Virus record (IMG/VR): IMGVR_UViG_3300012667_000936
Location: 1 to 24,181 of that record
DNA: 24,181 nucleotides
From: a virus
Taxonomy: Duplodnaviria > Caudoviricetes
Reading direction: 5' to 3' (one strand)
Shown: positions 8,001 through 17,800 of the stretch, piece by piece
Numbering within the stretch: the first letter of the stretch is position 1
How the letters are laid out: the number at the start of each line of letters is the position of its first letter
The notes under the pieces: model-generated
Database searches by the model: none
Told to the model about the DNA's origin: nothing
Seen by the model: only the letters and a program-made list of their open reading frames with translations
Position numbers and translations under genes: made by a program

Positions 8001-11000
8001 GGGTTGAATCGAGTTCCGCAACTTCCTGCATCTTTCATTGTTGAAGATACTGTATATCGAATCAACTACGTTAGAGATTACACATTTAACGTTGCAGGAT
8101 CTACTGCATCATTTGTTCTTGACGAATCAACACCTTGGCCGTTTGGCGTATTTGAATACGACAGCGATTCGTGCTCACGAGACGTTGGATTAATTATTGA
8201 TGGCCTAGGGTACGACATTGTACTCGGAACCAACTATCACGCTAGAAAATCCGGGTTAAGTTATAGACAATACAATGCTGCCGAGGTTGTAAACAATCAA
8301 TTAGATTTAACTGTTAGAGCTATTAATTATGCACACGATCTTGCATATGCTGCAATAGCTACAGTTCCGGCAGCGCAGCCTGTTGTATCAAATAGCAAGG
8401 CTGCTATATCGTCTATCGTTACTAACGGAATTACATTTGCTCCAAGTCTACAGTTTACATTACCATCGGGATTATCTGCTAACCTAACTAATGCTAAACT
8501 GTTGTTGGAAAGTAACATCGATTTTATCAAAGACGAAACTATCGGTTATCTATCTACAGTATATCCTTCATTGACTTATAGTACTACATCGTGCTCACGA
8601 GATATACAATATATCATCGAAGCATTGATTTATGATTTAATCTACGGTGGTAACAGCGAAACTCGAAAAGCAGGTATCAAGTATTACGATGCTGTAGGTG
8701 ATGTTGAATCATTACAAGTCCCAGTAGAACAATTAACTGAAACTGCCGATGGCGTGGATTATGCAAAGTATCTTGCAGAACAAGTTGTACAAAACTTAGA
8801 TCCATTATCTATATATTCATCAACTCCTAGAACTACAGGAACTCCTGCATCTAGTGCAGAAGTTACTAGAATCGAAGAACTATTAACAAATATTAGTGAT
8901 ATTATCAGTGGTGGTACTGGAGCGGCGGATACTGAGGTATTACCGGATCTAGACACTGGTTATCTAGCAACATTGAAAGATGCTAAAACAATATTAGATA
9001 ATAATAAAGAATCAATCCAGGAAGATGTTATTACGTTCGTTGACGAAAATGCCAACGTATTCGAAGTATTGATGCCTGGTAACAGATCTATGTTGTCAAA
9101 TGACTTTACACAGATCAACGATCTTGGCTACGGAATTGTTGTTAATAACGGCGGCTTAGCAGAATGTGTGTCTATGTTTACATACTACTGCCATATTTCG
9201 TATTATTCGATTAATGGTGGACAAATTAGATCTGTAGGCGGTTCTAGTTCACACGGTAACTACGCTCTAGTTGCAGAAGGTGCCGACCCATTAGAAGTTC
9301 CAACACCGGTTACACTATACTATGATTTAGCACAAGGTGCTACATGTTACTTCCCATCAAGCGGCTACGCTAACATTACAGGTGGGTTAGAAATTTATGT
9401 CACTGACTACGATTATGTTCCGTTAGAAGTCAGTGAACTTGAAGTTGATCATGGTTTAGGTTCGCTATATCGATATCCTATTACTTCCGTAGCAACTGCC
9501 GGATTGCCAGCAGGAGTTGCTAGATTAGGTCTAGGTAGTAGTGAAGGCACTGGGGTTGATGGTATTGCTGCGGTAATTCCAGACGGAGCAGTATTAACTA
9601 TCCGCCAAGGAGCACAGGTTGTTCTAACAGGAAACGTTGTTGATGTAGCTGTTAGACCATCAACTGGACTAGTATTAAGAGAAAGTCCCGATGTATATCG
9701 TGTTTTACAATTTGAAAACTTTATTGATCCAGCTGGTTCAACAACTGTTACTATTAGCATAGGTTCTCCGGGCGTTATTACAAAAGTTGGGCACGGTCTA
9801 GAGCCAGGATATCAGATTCAGTTGTCGACTACTGGTGCATTGCCGACTGGGCTCAGTACTACTGCAATCTATTATGTACTTGCCGATGGATGGACTGAAG
9901 ATTCATTTAGTGTTAGCTTGACTAAACGTGGCAATGCTATTGCTACTTCTGGATCACAATCTGGAGTACATGGTTACACTGTTAGCGGTCTTGCTCGAAC
10001 AACGCTACGTGAGAACTATAACTATGTTGATATGTCAGTATATCCGTTGCAACCGTTTGCAACTACTGCGGCAACATGCACTATCAGTATTGCTGACCCT
10101 GCAGAAATTACATTAACAAATCATGGATTTGTCAGCAATGATGTTATTAGATTCGAAACCACTGGAGTATTACCTGTCGGTATCACTAGTAACAGACATT
10201 ACTTTGTTAAGAATGTTATAGATTTAGATACATTCACAATAACTGACGATGCAATTTCTGCTTCTACAGAAATCGAAACTACCGGATCACAATCTGGAGT
10301 ACACAGCGTTGGAAAGGTATTAGGCGCTGCGGGTGATGTTACCTTTGCTATAACTGGTCTAGGAACCGCAGAATCTGCTAGGGTGCTTGGATCTAAATTT
10401 GTATGGAAAGGTACAACACATACTGTTCAATCATATAGTAATGAATCTGTTACTGAACAACCATATGCTACAGTAACAATTAGTCCTGCACTTGCTGATA
10501 GTGTTGTATATTGGAATGCACTACCGGCATTAAAATCAGCGGTAGCTAAAGACGAACCAGGCACGTTGACTATTCGTATTTCGTTAACTCGTGTTACATC
10601 ACACGATTTACTTGAAATTGGTACAGGTAGTTACGCTGATACAAACTATCCAAATGAAATTTACGGACCTCCAGTAAATCAATTAGATGCCGCCAAAGAA
10701 ACTCAAGAACGTGGTGTAGGACGAGTGTTCTATGTAACCACTGACCAATTTGGTAACTTCAGTGTTGGCCCGTACTTCCGAGTAGACCAAGGTACTGGTA
10801 CTGTTACATTCGCTGCTGCTATTGCATTGAGTAACCTAGACGGTATTGGTTTTAAACGTGGTGTTCCGATCTCTGAATTCTCAACTGACAGTTCTATGTC
10901 GGACAACGCCACTGACACTGTTCCTACAGAAAACGCCGCTCGCGGATACATTGAAAGAAGACTTGGAATAAGCCATTCTGGATCTATTGTTACTCCTGGT

Positions 11001-12461
11001 ACATTGATTCCACCATTAACTGGCGGATTTATGGCACTCGACGGACAGTTAGCTATGAAAGCTAACATGAATCTCGATGATAATAAAATTGTCAACGTTA
11101 GTGATCCGGAAGATGCGCAAGATGCTGTTAACCTAAGAAGCTTGATACTCGATAATATTTCCGATGTAACAACATTAGAACCACGTGCGGCAGATATTTT
11201 TACGTTCACTGGTGCTGGAAATAATGTTCAGAACTCCACAGTTGTAGGTGATATTAGTCTTAATATAGACAGTACTGCACACACAGTTGATGCGCAGATT
11301 AATCCCGGAGTTATTGTTAACGTTGATATCAATAGCGGAGCAGCTATTGAACAAAGTAAATTGAGTTTAACCTCAGCCTCAACTCGTGCAAATGCCACAG
11401 GCATTACTCAAGCTGATAGAGGAATAGCTAGTTTTGATGATGCTCAATTTGCCGCAACTAGTGGTTGGATTACCATAAAAGACAATGCGGTTGTATTATC
11501 TAAGATTGAACAAATTGCTGCAAAGACTGTTGTTGGTAATAACAGTTTAGTTGCCGGGAACGTAACGGCTGTTACATTCGGCACTGTTGTAGACCAAGGC
11601 GGAGCAATTAAGAAAAGCCAATACAATACAGGCACTGGTTACTTGAGAAGAATTGGTTTCACAACTACCAACGATGTCGATTATACAGTTGTTGACGAAG
11701 CTACTACTAACACTGCTAGTACTCTTGTTAAACGTGATAGTAACGGTGACTTTGCTGCTAGAAACATTAGTATTGAAAAATTAGTTGTTGACGCTAAAAC
11801 AGTGTTAGATACTACAACCAGTGTAACTGGTGGTTACACTCAACTTTACGGATTCTCAGGACAGGTTGGTATATTAGTAGGTGACGGTACAGTTTCTACT
11901 GATAAACGAAGTTATTACGATAACGACGGGCATATATTTAGAACTCAAAACGGTCTAGCTAATGCTCCGATAACTGCAAGTCAAATTCAGGTAACAACAT
12001 TAACTACTGGTGCTACCGGTACAACTGGATCAATTGTTGGAGATTGGAGAATAGGTACTGGTAGTAAAATGCAAGCAACATATGCTGACTTGGCAGAATA
12101 CTACAAAGGTGACAAAGATTATCCAGTGGGTACAGTTCTAATATTCGGCGGTACTAACGAAGTTACTATTTCTAACTCTAAAGGTGACCATAGAGTAGCT
12201 GGGGTTGTTAGTGATAATGCTGCATACATTATGAATTCCGAATGCGAAGGCATTAAGGTATTAATTGCCTTACAAGGTCGAGTACCATGTCGGGTAGTTG
12301 GAAAAATACGCAAGGGAGATTTAATAGTAACATCTAATATACCAGGTGTTGCAATATCAGTTGGTGGTGTTGCACAGCCGGGAACAATTATCGGTAAGTC
12401 ACTAGAGGACTTCGATTCAGATCACATTGGCACCATTGAGGTAGCCGTAGGAAGAACATAA
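5067..12461 (+). CDS. Giant mosaic virion structural protein (baseplate-attached fibre/spike): gp9/gp10-like N-terminus, interrupted pectin-lyase-like beta-helix, helical CxRD modules, HGL/HGF beta modules, C-terminal Peptidase_G2-like chaperone
   Basis: N-terminus IDIGVVGNDGTGDSIRDSFRKVNDNFRELY resembles T4 gp10. Beta-helix segments: LYVATSGADD..AYRTIEAA, ILVESGIYEENYPLRVPQNVSIVGDEFR, SPYAQECASF, SMLSNDFTQINDLGYG. C-terminus YADLAEYY...GVVS...LQGRVPCRV.G.I.KGDL...IIGKSLE. Confidence 0.85.
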   Translation: MARKQIDIGVVGNDGTGDSIRDSFRKVNDNFRELYSSLGLGERLTFLGLDDVKADSNSLPYKDLGGYAGHDNAILSVNTDNSGITFKQLIPGSGISLDFTSNINEIRISSEFSEVVADPSPQLGGDLSVKSGGETHRIINLEVDGTPLKPLYEHEVVNKNYADSKISKAGVNAIDPRTNTTNPAFGTMTGPLILSRDPQPDDDETYGGLIAATKRYVDNSAFGSFVNLYVATSGADDRVGVSAALQGRALAYAYRTIEAACKRAEEIMLDSRLEIGPYKKVLTYNGGAGECTLAEITNAPEDGSGFSGSVLMSVDTITIVNGGVNYRPNDIITIQGGTYTQAASYEVLSITETGNVLTLRQLSSGVYTALPVGSEISTTTDSLYGGLGGGDAVVKVSLTYKVNNVQINDAGADYGLVSVRIVGGGGAGAFGTADVVGGSIQGITITDQGSGFTSLPNVVVNLPRFLINTEGYKTDFTGDYSTETSSAIRGRDIREGLYLRGEESGALAQILAHTGSLDSEGNEIFDVDIKYGAFVIGEAISYGDVTKNTQISILVESGIYEENYPLRVPQNVSIVGDEFRRCIVRPKQGISSSPWAFINFRRDLTVGVENVDQITIADRQFGYHYLEDTSSPVYPIVNNRGYYRAAAGLLAVNRQFIQKEVIAWINNEILNENSPFVSNFLYNQELCERDVGLIVDSMIFDLKWGGANRTISAALKYYGNASGRLAIGPSQLSQTIAGIRRIGTLAQLIIRNVPVQDLYQTAFPQIVDNAYVAEVGTGGVSFNIGSATNANPVVITTETAHGLATGSQIVIGNAVGMTEINGNDYYVDVIDTTSFYLYHNSALTDSVNGTDYGVYTSGGTATNIGGVIGALIDVIVDVIDNSGSVNYPKNNDEMDVMLCNDSVRFQALTFQGHGGFAMVLDPEGQILAKSPYAQECASFAKSNGEQRFAGGQYVDGFAGNLKFKINSSENDGTFIRVEGLNRVPQLPASFIVEDTVYRINYVRDYTFNVAGSTASFVLDESTPWPFGVFEYDSDSCSRDVGLIIDGLGYDIVLGTNYHARKSGLSYRQYNAAEVVNNQLDLTVRAINYAHDLAYAAIATVPAAQPVVSNSKAAISSIVTNGITFAPSLQFTLPSGLSANLTNAKLLLESNIDFIKDETIGYLSTVYPSLTYSTTSCSRDIQYIIEALIYDLIYGGNSETRKAGIKYYDAVGDVESLQVPVEQLTETADGVDYAKYLAEQVVQNLDPLSIYSSTPRTTGTPASSAEVTRIEELLTNISDIISGGTGAADTEVLPDLDTGYLATLKDAKTILDNNKESIQEDVITFVDENANVFEVLMPGNRSMLSNDFTQINDLGYGIVVNNGGLAECVSMFTYYCHISYYSINGGQIRSVGGSSSHGNYALVAEGADPLEVPTPVTLYYDLAQGATCYFPSSGYANITGGLEIYVTDYDYVPLEVSELEVDHGLGSLYRYPITSVATAGLPAGVARLGLGSSEGTGVDGIAAVIPDGAVLTIRQGAQVVLTGNVVDVAVRPSTGLVLRESPDVYRVLQFENFIDPAGSTTVTISIGSPGVITKVGHGLEPGYQIQLSTTGALPTGLSTTAIYYVLADGWTEDSFSVSLTKRGNAIATSGSQSGVHGYTVSGLARTTLRENYNYVDMSVYPLQPFATTAATCTISIADPAEITLTNHGFVSNDVIRFETTGVLPVGITSNRHYFVKNVIDLDTFTITDDAISASTEIETTGSQSGVHSVGKVLGAAGDVTFAITGLGTAESARVLGSKFVWKGTTHTVQSYSNESVTEQPYATVTISPALADSVVYWNALPALKSAVAKDEPGTLTIRISLTRVTSHDLLEIGTGSYADTNYPNEIYGPPVNQLDAAKETQERGVGRVFYVTTDQFGNFSVGPYFRVDQGTGTVTFAAAIALSNLDGIGFKRGVPISEFSTDSSMSDNATDTVPTENAARGYIERRLGISHSGSIVTPGTLIPPLTGGFMALDGQLAMKANMNLDDNKIVNVSDPEDAQDAVNLRSLILDNISDVTTLEPRAADIFTFTGAGNNVQNSTVVGDISLNIDSTAHTVDAQINPGVIVNVDINSGAAIEQSKLSLTSASTRANATGITQADRGIASFDDAQFAATSGWITIKDNAVVLSKIEQIAAKTVVGNNSLVAGNVTAVTFGTVVDQGGAIKKSQYNTGTGYLRRIGFTTTNDVDYTVVDEATTNTASTLVKRDSNGDFAARNISIEKLVVDAKTVLDTTTSVTGGYTQLYGFSGQVGILVGDGTVSTDKRSYYDNDGHIFRTQNGLANAPITASQIQVTTLTTGATGTTGSIVGDWRIGTGSKMQATYADLAEYYKGDKDYPVGTVLIFGGTNEVTISNSKGDHRVAGVVSDNAAYIMNSECEGIKVLIALQGRVPCRVVGKIRKGDLIVTSNIPGVAISVGGVAQPGTIIGKSLEDFDSDHIGTIEVAVGRT
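9951..10303 (+). repeat. 20-bp exact direct repeat at the ends of two duplicated ~75-aa modules
   Basis: GGATCACAATCTGGAGTACA at 9951-9970 and 10284-10303; both encode GSQSGVH. Confidence 0.85.
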
Positions 12462-13780
12462 TGGCTATAGAACAAATTAATGCAGGATCAGCTCCTATAT
12501 TGTGGAGTACCGTAGATAGTGCATTTAGGGTAGTAAATCAAAACTTTACAACCTTAGTTGCAACTATCGGAGAGTACGGAGTTACTCCTATAGATTTCGA
12601 ATCACTGAGTACCAATATAATACCCTCCACAAACGGAGTATATGATCTCGGAGCTACTAGTTTTAAATGGAACAATATACATCTTGCTTCTACAATATAT
12701 CTAGGTAATGCATCGATTACCGAATCCGGCGGGACTATTCAGTTACCTGCAGGGTCAACAATTGGTGGCTTATTATTAGACGAAAGTTATTTTAAAACTA
12801 TTGCAGTTAGTGGACAAGATAGCATTGTTGCCGATACTGGTACCGACACGTTAACCTTTGCAAATGGATCCGGAATTACTGTAACAACAAACGCCTCCAG
12901 CGATACTTTAACAATTACTAACTCGGGAGTTACAAGTGTTAGCGCCGGAACTGGTATTGGTGTTAGCGCCGGAACTGGTGGAGTTACTATTTCTAACGCT
13001 GGTGTTACAAGTGTTGCTCAAGGCGCAGGTATTACAGTAAGTGCAGGAACTGGCGGAGTTACTATTTCTAACTCGGGTATTATTTCAGTAGTAACTGATT
13101 TAGGATCGGGCATTGGATTAGATACTAGTGTTCCTAACGTTGTTCGTATTACCAACACATCACCAGCATCAAGTATTTCGGCATTTAAGAATATTGCAGT
13201 TTCAGGCCAAGATTCATTGCAGGCCGATTCGTCGGCAGATACACTTACATTAGTTGCTGGATCGGGTATTACTATTACCACTAACGAAAGTACTGACTCA
13301 ATTACTATTACAAACGATATCAGCAGTGGATATCAACTAGTAAACGGTTCATATGATCTTACGTTATTAGGAAGCGGCGCATTAGCACTCGGTGGCGGTT
13401 TTTATACAAACAGATCTACCAGCGCCGGAATAGAATGCTTACCGTCAGTTGATACTGTAGTGTACACTTCAATCAGCGATGCTAGTACTATTAAAGTGAT
13501 TATGCAGTTTGAAGGACCAGAAGACGGCGGAGATGGAAATTATCATACTCATTCCTGCGATATTATTGCGGTAAAACGAACAGGTCCTCTAGGAACTGTA
13601 ACTGTAGATGCAACTGTCTACGGCGGTGTTTATACTAGTGCAGCAGCCCTTGCTACATTTGATGCACAATGGAATATTGTTGACAGTACTATTGAAATAA
13701 TTGCTCGTCCTGTTAGCGTAACCAACGGCGGTTGGGCAAAATTACACGCCACTGAAATAGAATTTGGGGGAACGCCTTAA
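12461..13780 (+). CDS. Short fibre-like virion protein with degenerate gp9/gp10-type N-terminus and repetitive shaft
   Basis: TAATG overlap with the previous gene. INAG...AFRVVNQNF N-terminus, two FK.IAVSGQDS..AD...DTLT...GSGIT.TTN...D..TITN modules, and GVTSV.AG.GI.VSAGTGGVTISN repeats. Confidence 0.8.
   Translation: MAIEQINAGSAPILWSTVDSAFRVVNQNFTTLVATIGEYGVTPIDFESLSTNIIPSTNGVYDLGATSFKWNNIHLASTIYLGNASITESGGTIQLPAGSTIGGLLLDESYFKTIAVSGQDSIVADTGTDTLTFANGSGITVTTNASSDTLTITNSGVTSVSAGTGIGVSAGTGGVTISNAGVTSVAQGAGITVSAGTGGVTISNSGIISVVTDLGSGIGLDTSVPNVVRITNTSPASSISAFKNIAVSGQDSLQADSSADTLTLVAGSGITITTNESTDSITITNDISSGYQLVNGSYDLTLLGSGALALGGGFYTNRSTSAGIECLPSVDTVVYTSISDASTIKVIMQFEGPEDGGDGNYHTHSCDIIAVKRTGPLGTVTVDATVYGGVYTSAAALATFDAQWNIVDSTIEIIARPVSVTNGGWAKLHATEIEFGGTP
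12920..13078 (+). repeat. 75-bp (25-aa) imperfect coding tandem repeat
   Basis: Units start at 12920, 12995 and 13070 (partial); the two full units both end GGAACTGG(T/C)GGAGTTACTATTTCT. An internal GTGTTAGCGCCGGAACTGGT occurs at 12936 and 12960. Confidence 0.8.
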
Positions 13781-14832
13781 TGACAAAACAAACAATAAAC
13801 GTAGGCACATCGGCTAATGATCGCAAAGGTGATAGTCTACGAGCAGCGTTCCAGAAGGTAAATGCAAATTTTACAGAATTGTATAGTTCCAGCGGATTTA
13901 CAGGAACTACAGACAGATTAGTTAACGGCAGTTACGAAGTTGTATTAAGTAGTGCTGGCATACTAACTATGCCAGACGGTCTTACTATTAATGACTCAGT
14001 AATCGGTTATTCTGATTCAGAGACGATTTCAGAAGAAACTCCGGGTGGTACTATTTCATCGACTACTACCTTAGAAAATCAAATTGCCATAGACAATACT
14101 AACAGCATCACTATCTCAAAAGTTACAACACAGATAAACAATGACGGTGTTACTACTAGCACGGACTCAACAGGCACAATTTTAGAAATAACAGGTATCA
14201 GTGGTTCATTGAAGCGTTATGTAGAACCAGACGGGCCTAGCAATAGTTTGTACCTTCAAGTCAGAACCGACAATAGTGGTGCTATTTTAGAAGGTGTTGA
14301 AGAAAATGTAGGCAGTACTACCTACGGTCGTGTTGCTGCTACACAAGGAGTGATTGCGATATCAGCTGGAGCTGGTGGTATTGATCAAGATTGGTCATTT
14401 GACTTTGACGGTAATTTCACATTACCATCAGCTGGTTTAATTAGACAAAATCATAGCTTTACAAGAACTACGTTAGAGACTGCCCTGGCAGCTACATCAA
14501 CCGTAGTGTGGTCAGCAAATGCAGACTGGATGTCAAGTATTAAACTTACAATACAAGTTGAAGGCCACGTAACAGGCGATGATACAGGATGGCACGTACA
14601 AACCTGCGAAGCTACTATTGCTTCAAGAGGATATGCTAACGGCGTCAACGGCTACGGCGATCCAGAGATGTCAGTGTATGGAATAATTTACACTAGTTTA
14701 TCACCGTTAGCAACATTCGAAGTTCAAAGAAACGTAAATACTAGATTAGTCGAAGTTGTAGCGACCGGTACTGATCTTAACAACAACATTATTGTATCGA
14801 TTCACTCAGTTGAAATCGGCACAACAGATTAA
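13780..14832 (+). CDS. Virion protein with gp9/gp10-type N-terminus, paralogous to 12461-13780
   Basis: TAATG overlap. N-terminus KQTINVGTSANDRKGDSLRAAFQKVNANFTELY. The C-terminal domain resembles that of the preceding protein. Confidence 0.8.
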   Translation: MTKQTINVGTSANDRKGDSLRAAFQKVNANFTELYSSSGFTGTTDRLVNGSYEVVLSSAGILTMPDGLTINDSVIGYSDSETISEETPGGTISSTTTLENQIAIDNTNSITISKVTTQINNDGVTTSTDSTGTILEITGISGSLKRYVEPDGPSNSLYLQVRTDNSGAILEGVEENVGSTTYGRVAATQGVIAISAGAGGIDQDWSFDFDGNFTLPSAGLIRQNHSFTRTTLETALAATSTVVWSANADWMSSIKLTIQVEGHVTGDDTGWHVQTCEATIASRGYANGVNGYGDPEMSVYGIIYTSLSPLATFEVQRNVNTRLVEVVATGTDLNNNIIVSIHSVEIGTTD

Positions 14833-14845
14833 AAGGAAGAGCGAC

Positions 14846-17800
14846 ATGGCAATTAAACCATTTGAGATACAAAGTTCAACATTAACAATTGGAGGTGTTA
14901 ATTTAGAAGCAGGAACAACAAGTGTTGTTATTCCTGGCGTTACACAGGCTACAAGTTATCGTGTAGAAGAAGTAGACGATCGTGATGGCGATAATCCAGA
15001 TATATTTGGCAGCGATGTTAACGCTGTTACTGTTATCGACCACGCAGAATACTTATATCAAAGCGGTGAGACTACTCCTAGCGGGTCTTATGATGCTGCC
15101 AGTTACTCAGTAGATGAACTAGATGATGGTGAAATTGAAGAAATTAATGTAGAGTACGATGGCGTATTCTTATCCGCAGACGTTGCTAATATTGACAGAG
15201 GCAATATGTGGGCCACTACTGTTGCTGACCCTTTGTTATCATTTAATGCTAACGACTGGACAGAGATTCCTTTCCGTCCTAAAATGCGAGCAGGTGAAGT
15301 TGAGAATGTAGGCGGCGGAAGCTCAGACCTAGGCAATTTAGAAATTGACGGAGCGATGATTACCACTGATGGCGGCTCTGATGTCGATTCGTATATTGCA
15401 TTTACCGCATATTCTGGACCAGACGTAGAAGATCCAGACATTATGGCAATTGGTACAAACAATGGAAAAGATGTTTATATAACAACCGATAGTGGACAAA
15501 CTAACTTTAAGTTTAATAGTACTAATGGGTTAACATTCCCAGATGGCACAACACAAACCACAGCCTACACTGGACAAACAGACAGTACAGATAACACTTC
15601 ATACACTGGCGGTGAGCCCTTATTTGTTATCGTTAATACTTCTGGTGAAAGTGCTTACAGTAGTGACGGCACTTCGTGGACACAAGTACCTCGTTTCCAA
15701 ATAGAAGGAGATGATTTAGGTCTAGACAGAGTTGCCCTAGCCAACAACTATATAATTTACATTGACAGCGATGACAACCTCTACTATGCCGCAGAGCCAG
15801 GAGTCACTCCAACAGCAGTAGACATTTCTAGTTTTCCATCAGGAACTTATAACTGGGATGATGTAGAAACTAACGGAACAACAACAGTAGCAGTTGGAGC
15901 ATACAACGCAGGCGAAAGCAATGATGTTCCAGTGTTTGCCTATACTACCAATGGTACTATTTGGACGCTAGGCAACACTGATTCGGGATACCAAGCGTCT
16001 ATGGCCGGGTCGAGATTTACTTCTGTAGACTATAATGGTACAGGGTGGTTGATGGTAGCGGGCGGTGACGACGACAATGCTGGGGCATTTTACACCACTA
16101 ACTTATCGGCGTTATTAAGCGAAGGCCAATTTATTGATTTTACTTCTAATGGGCTAGCCAACATTGGCGATTACGATTATGTAGTATGGACTGGGGCAAA
16201 CTGGTTCTTAAGAAACGATGTAAGCGGACCAGAAGGCCCATCAGATGGAGATCAAAAATTGTATGTCAGTTCAGGTAGCAATCCTTTAGAATCTACTTGG
16301 ACTGAAATTAACTTAACTACAATTTTAGAGTCATACGATTATGATTTAACCGGTGGCGGTTTCTACGAAATGGTAGGCGGCAATAGCAAGTTTATGATTG
16401 GCAGCGGTGAGGGTCATGTATTATGGACTGACGATGCCGGCGATACTTGGAACGGTGTAATCCCAAAAGCGTACACAGGTTCTATTACTGCGTTAACTGC
16501 GGGTACTAGTACTGTTATTACTGGTATTACACGAACAACTGGCGGCAGCGACTGGAGTAATACTCCGGTAGAACTACAGGACTTTGAAAAAATAATTATC
16601 AGCGGCGCTGTACCAAGTCAATTTGACGGCACATACTACTTAGAAAAGCACGGTATTCCTAGTGGTTTACAAACTGCGGTTAACAACACAACTAATGCTA
16701 ATTGGGTGCCTGGAGAATACTTGGCCATAGCAGTTGAAGATTTTACAGTTGATATAACTGTTGGCGACAGCAATGACATCAACACTATAAACATTGACGT
16801 TGAGGGAACAACATTGTTCGGAGCCGACCATGTGTTTATTATCCCTGGAGCAGCCTTAGGTGGTACAACTGGTGTAGATGACTTGCTAGTGAAACCTAGC
16901 GGTTTCAATGCCAACAGCACAATAGAATATTACATGTACACCAACAAGGCGAGAACTGCGGAATTAGATTCTAGCGGATTCGATCCATTTACCAGTGCTA
17001 CATTTACTCTTAATAGAGGAACTTTCATTGATTCGGTAGGCTTTGGATTGAACAAGTTCTTAATCGGTAATGATGATGAACAGATTTTCACTACTACAGA
17101 TTTTGTTACCTGGATTAAAGTTGATGACCAAGAAAACGACTTTGAATACTGGGATGACATTAGTTATAATTCTCAGTGGGGTGCTACTGCTACTGCCTCA
17201 AATGCTATTCCAAACACTAAGAGAGGTTGGATCAACCTAGTAGGTGATCGTCCTAACAACGATGAGGATGCGTGGTTTGAAAGCGTAGTAATTCACGGCG
17301 GCTATGCTTATGTGTTAGGCAGTGACGACTATATCGACAACAGCAATAACCGTAGCAAAGTCTACAAGTTTGATTTAGCGACTGGCGAACAAGTATGGGT
17401 CAAACAAATCACAGCAGGTCGTGACGCATATTTTGATTTAACTGTAGCGGCGGATGTAGTCACTATAGACCGCATTGTAACAACAGGTACTGGATACAAA
17501 GTAGGCGAAGAAATTGTTATTCTTGGTAGCCAGATTACTGGCAGCGATCCGCAAAATAATGTCACACTAGTAGTTGATAGTATCGATGTAGACGGTGGAG
17601 TAGCAACTGTTTCTGTAAAACCAGGTTACGATGTAAATGGACTTACAGGAACATTTACTAATATTAATTCATACTATGATGATGCTCGTGGTGATAACTG
17701 TGCTATCGCATACGATGAATTTAACAATAAACTTGTAGTAGTCGCACAATACGAAAGCGGCCGCGGCGACGTTGCTGTAGACGGTTACTGGACTTGGGCT

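Noticed and set aside
4373-13078. Repeats as possible CRISPR array, DGR template/variable repeats or invertible-segment ends
   Set aside because: All are in-frame coding repeats with no spacer structure or adenine-specific divergence. No reverse transcriptase, recombinase or cas gene is in the window.
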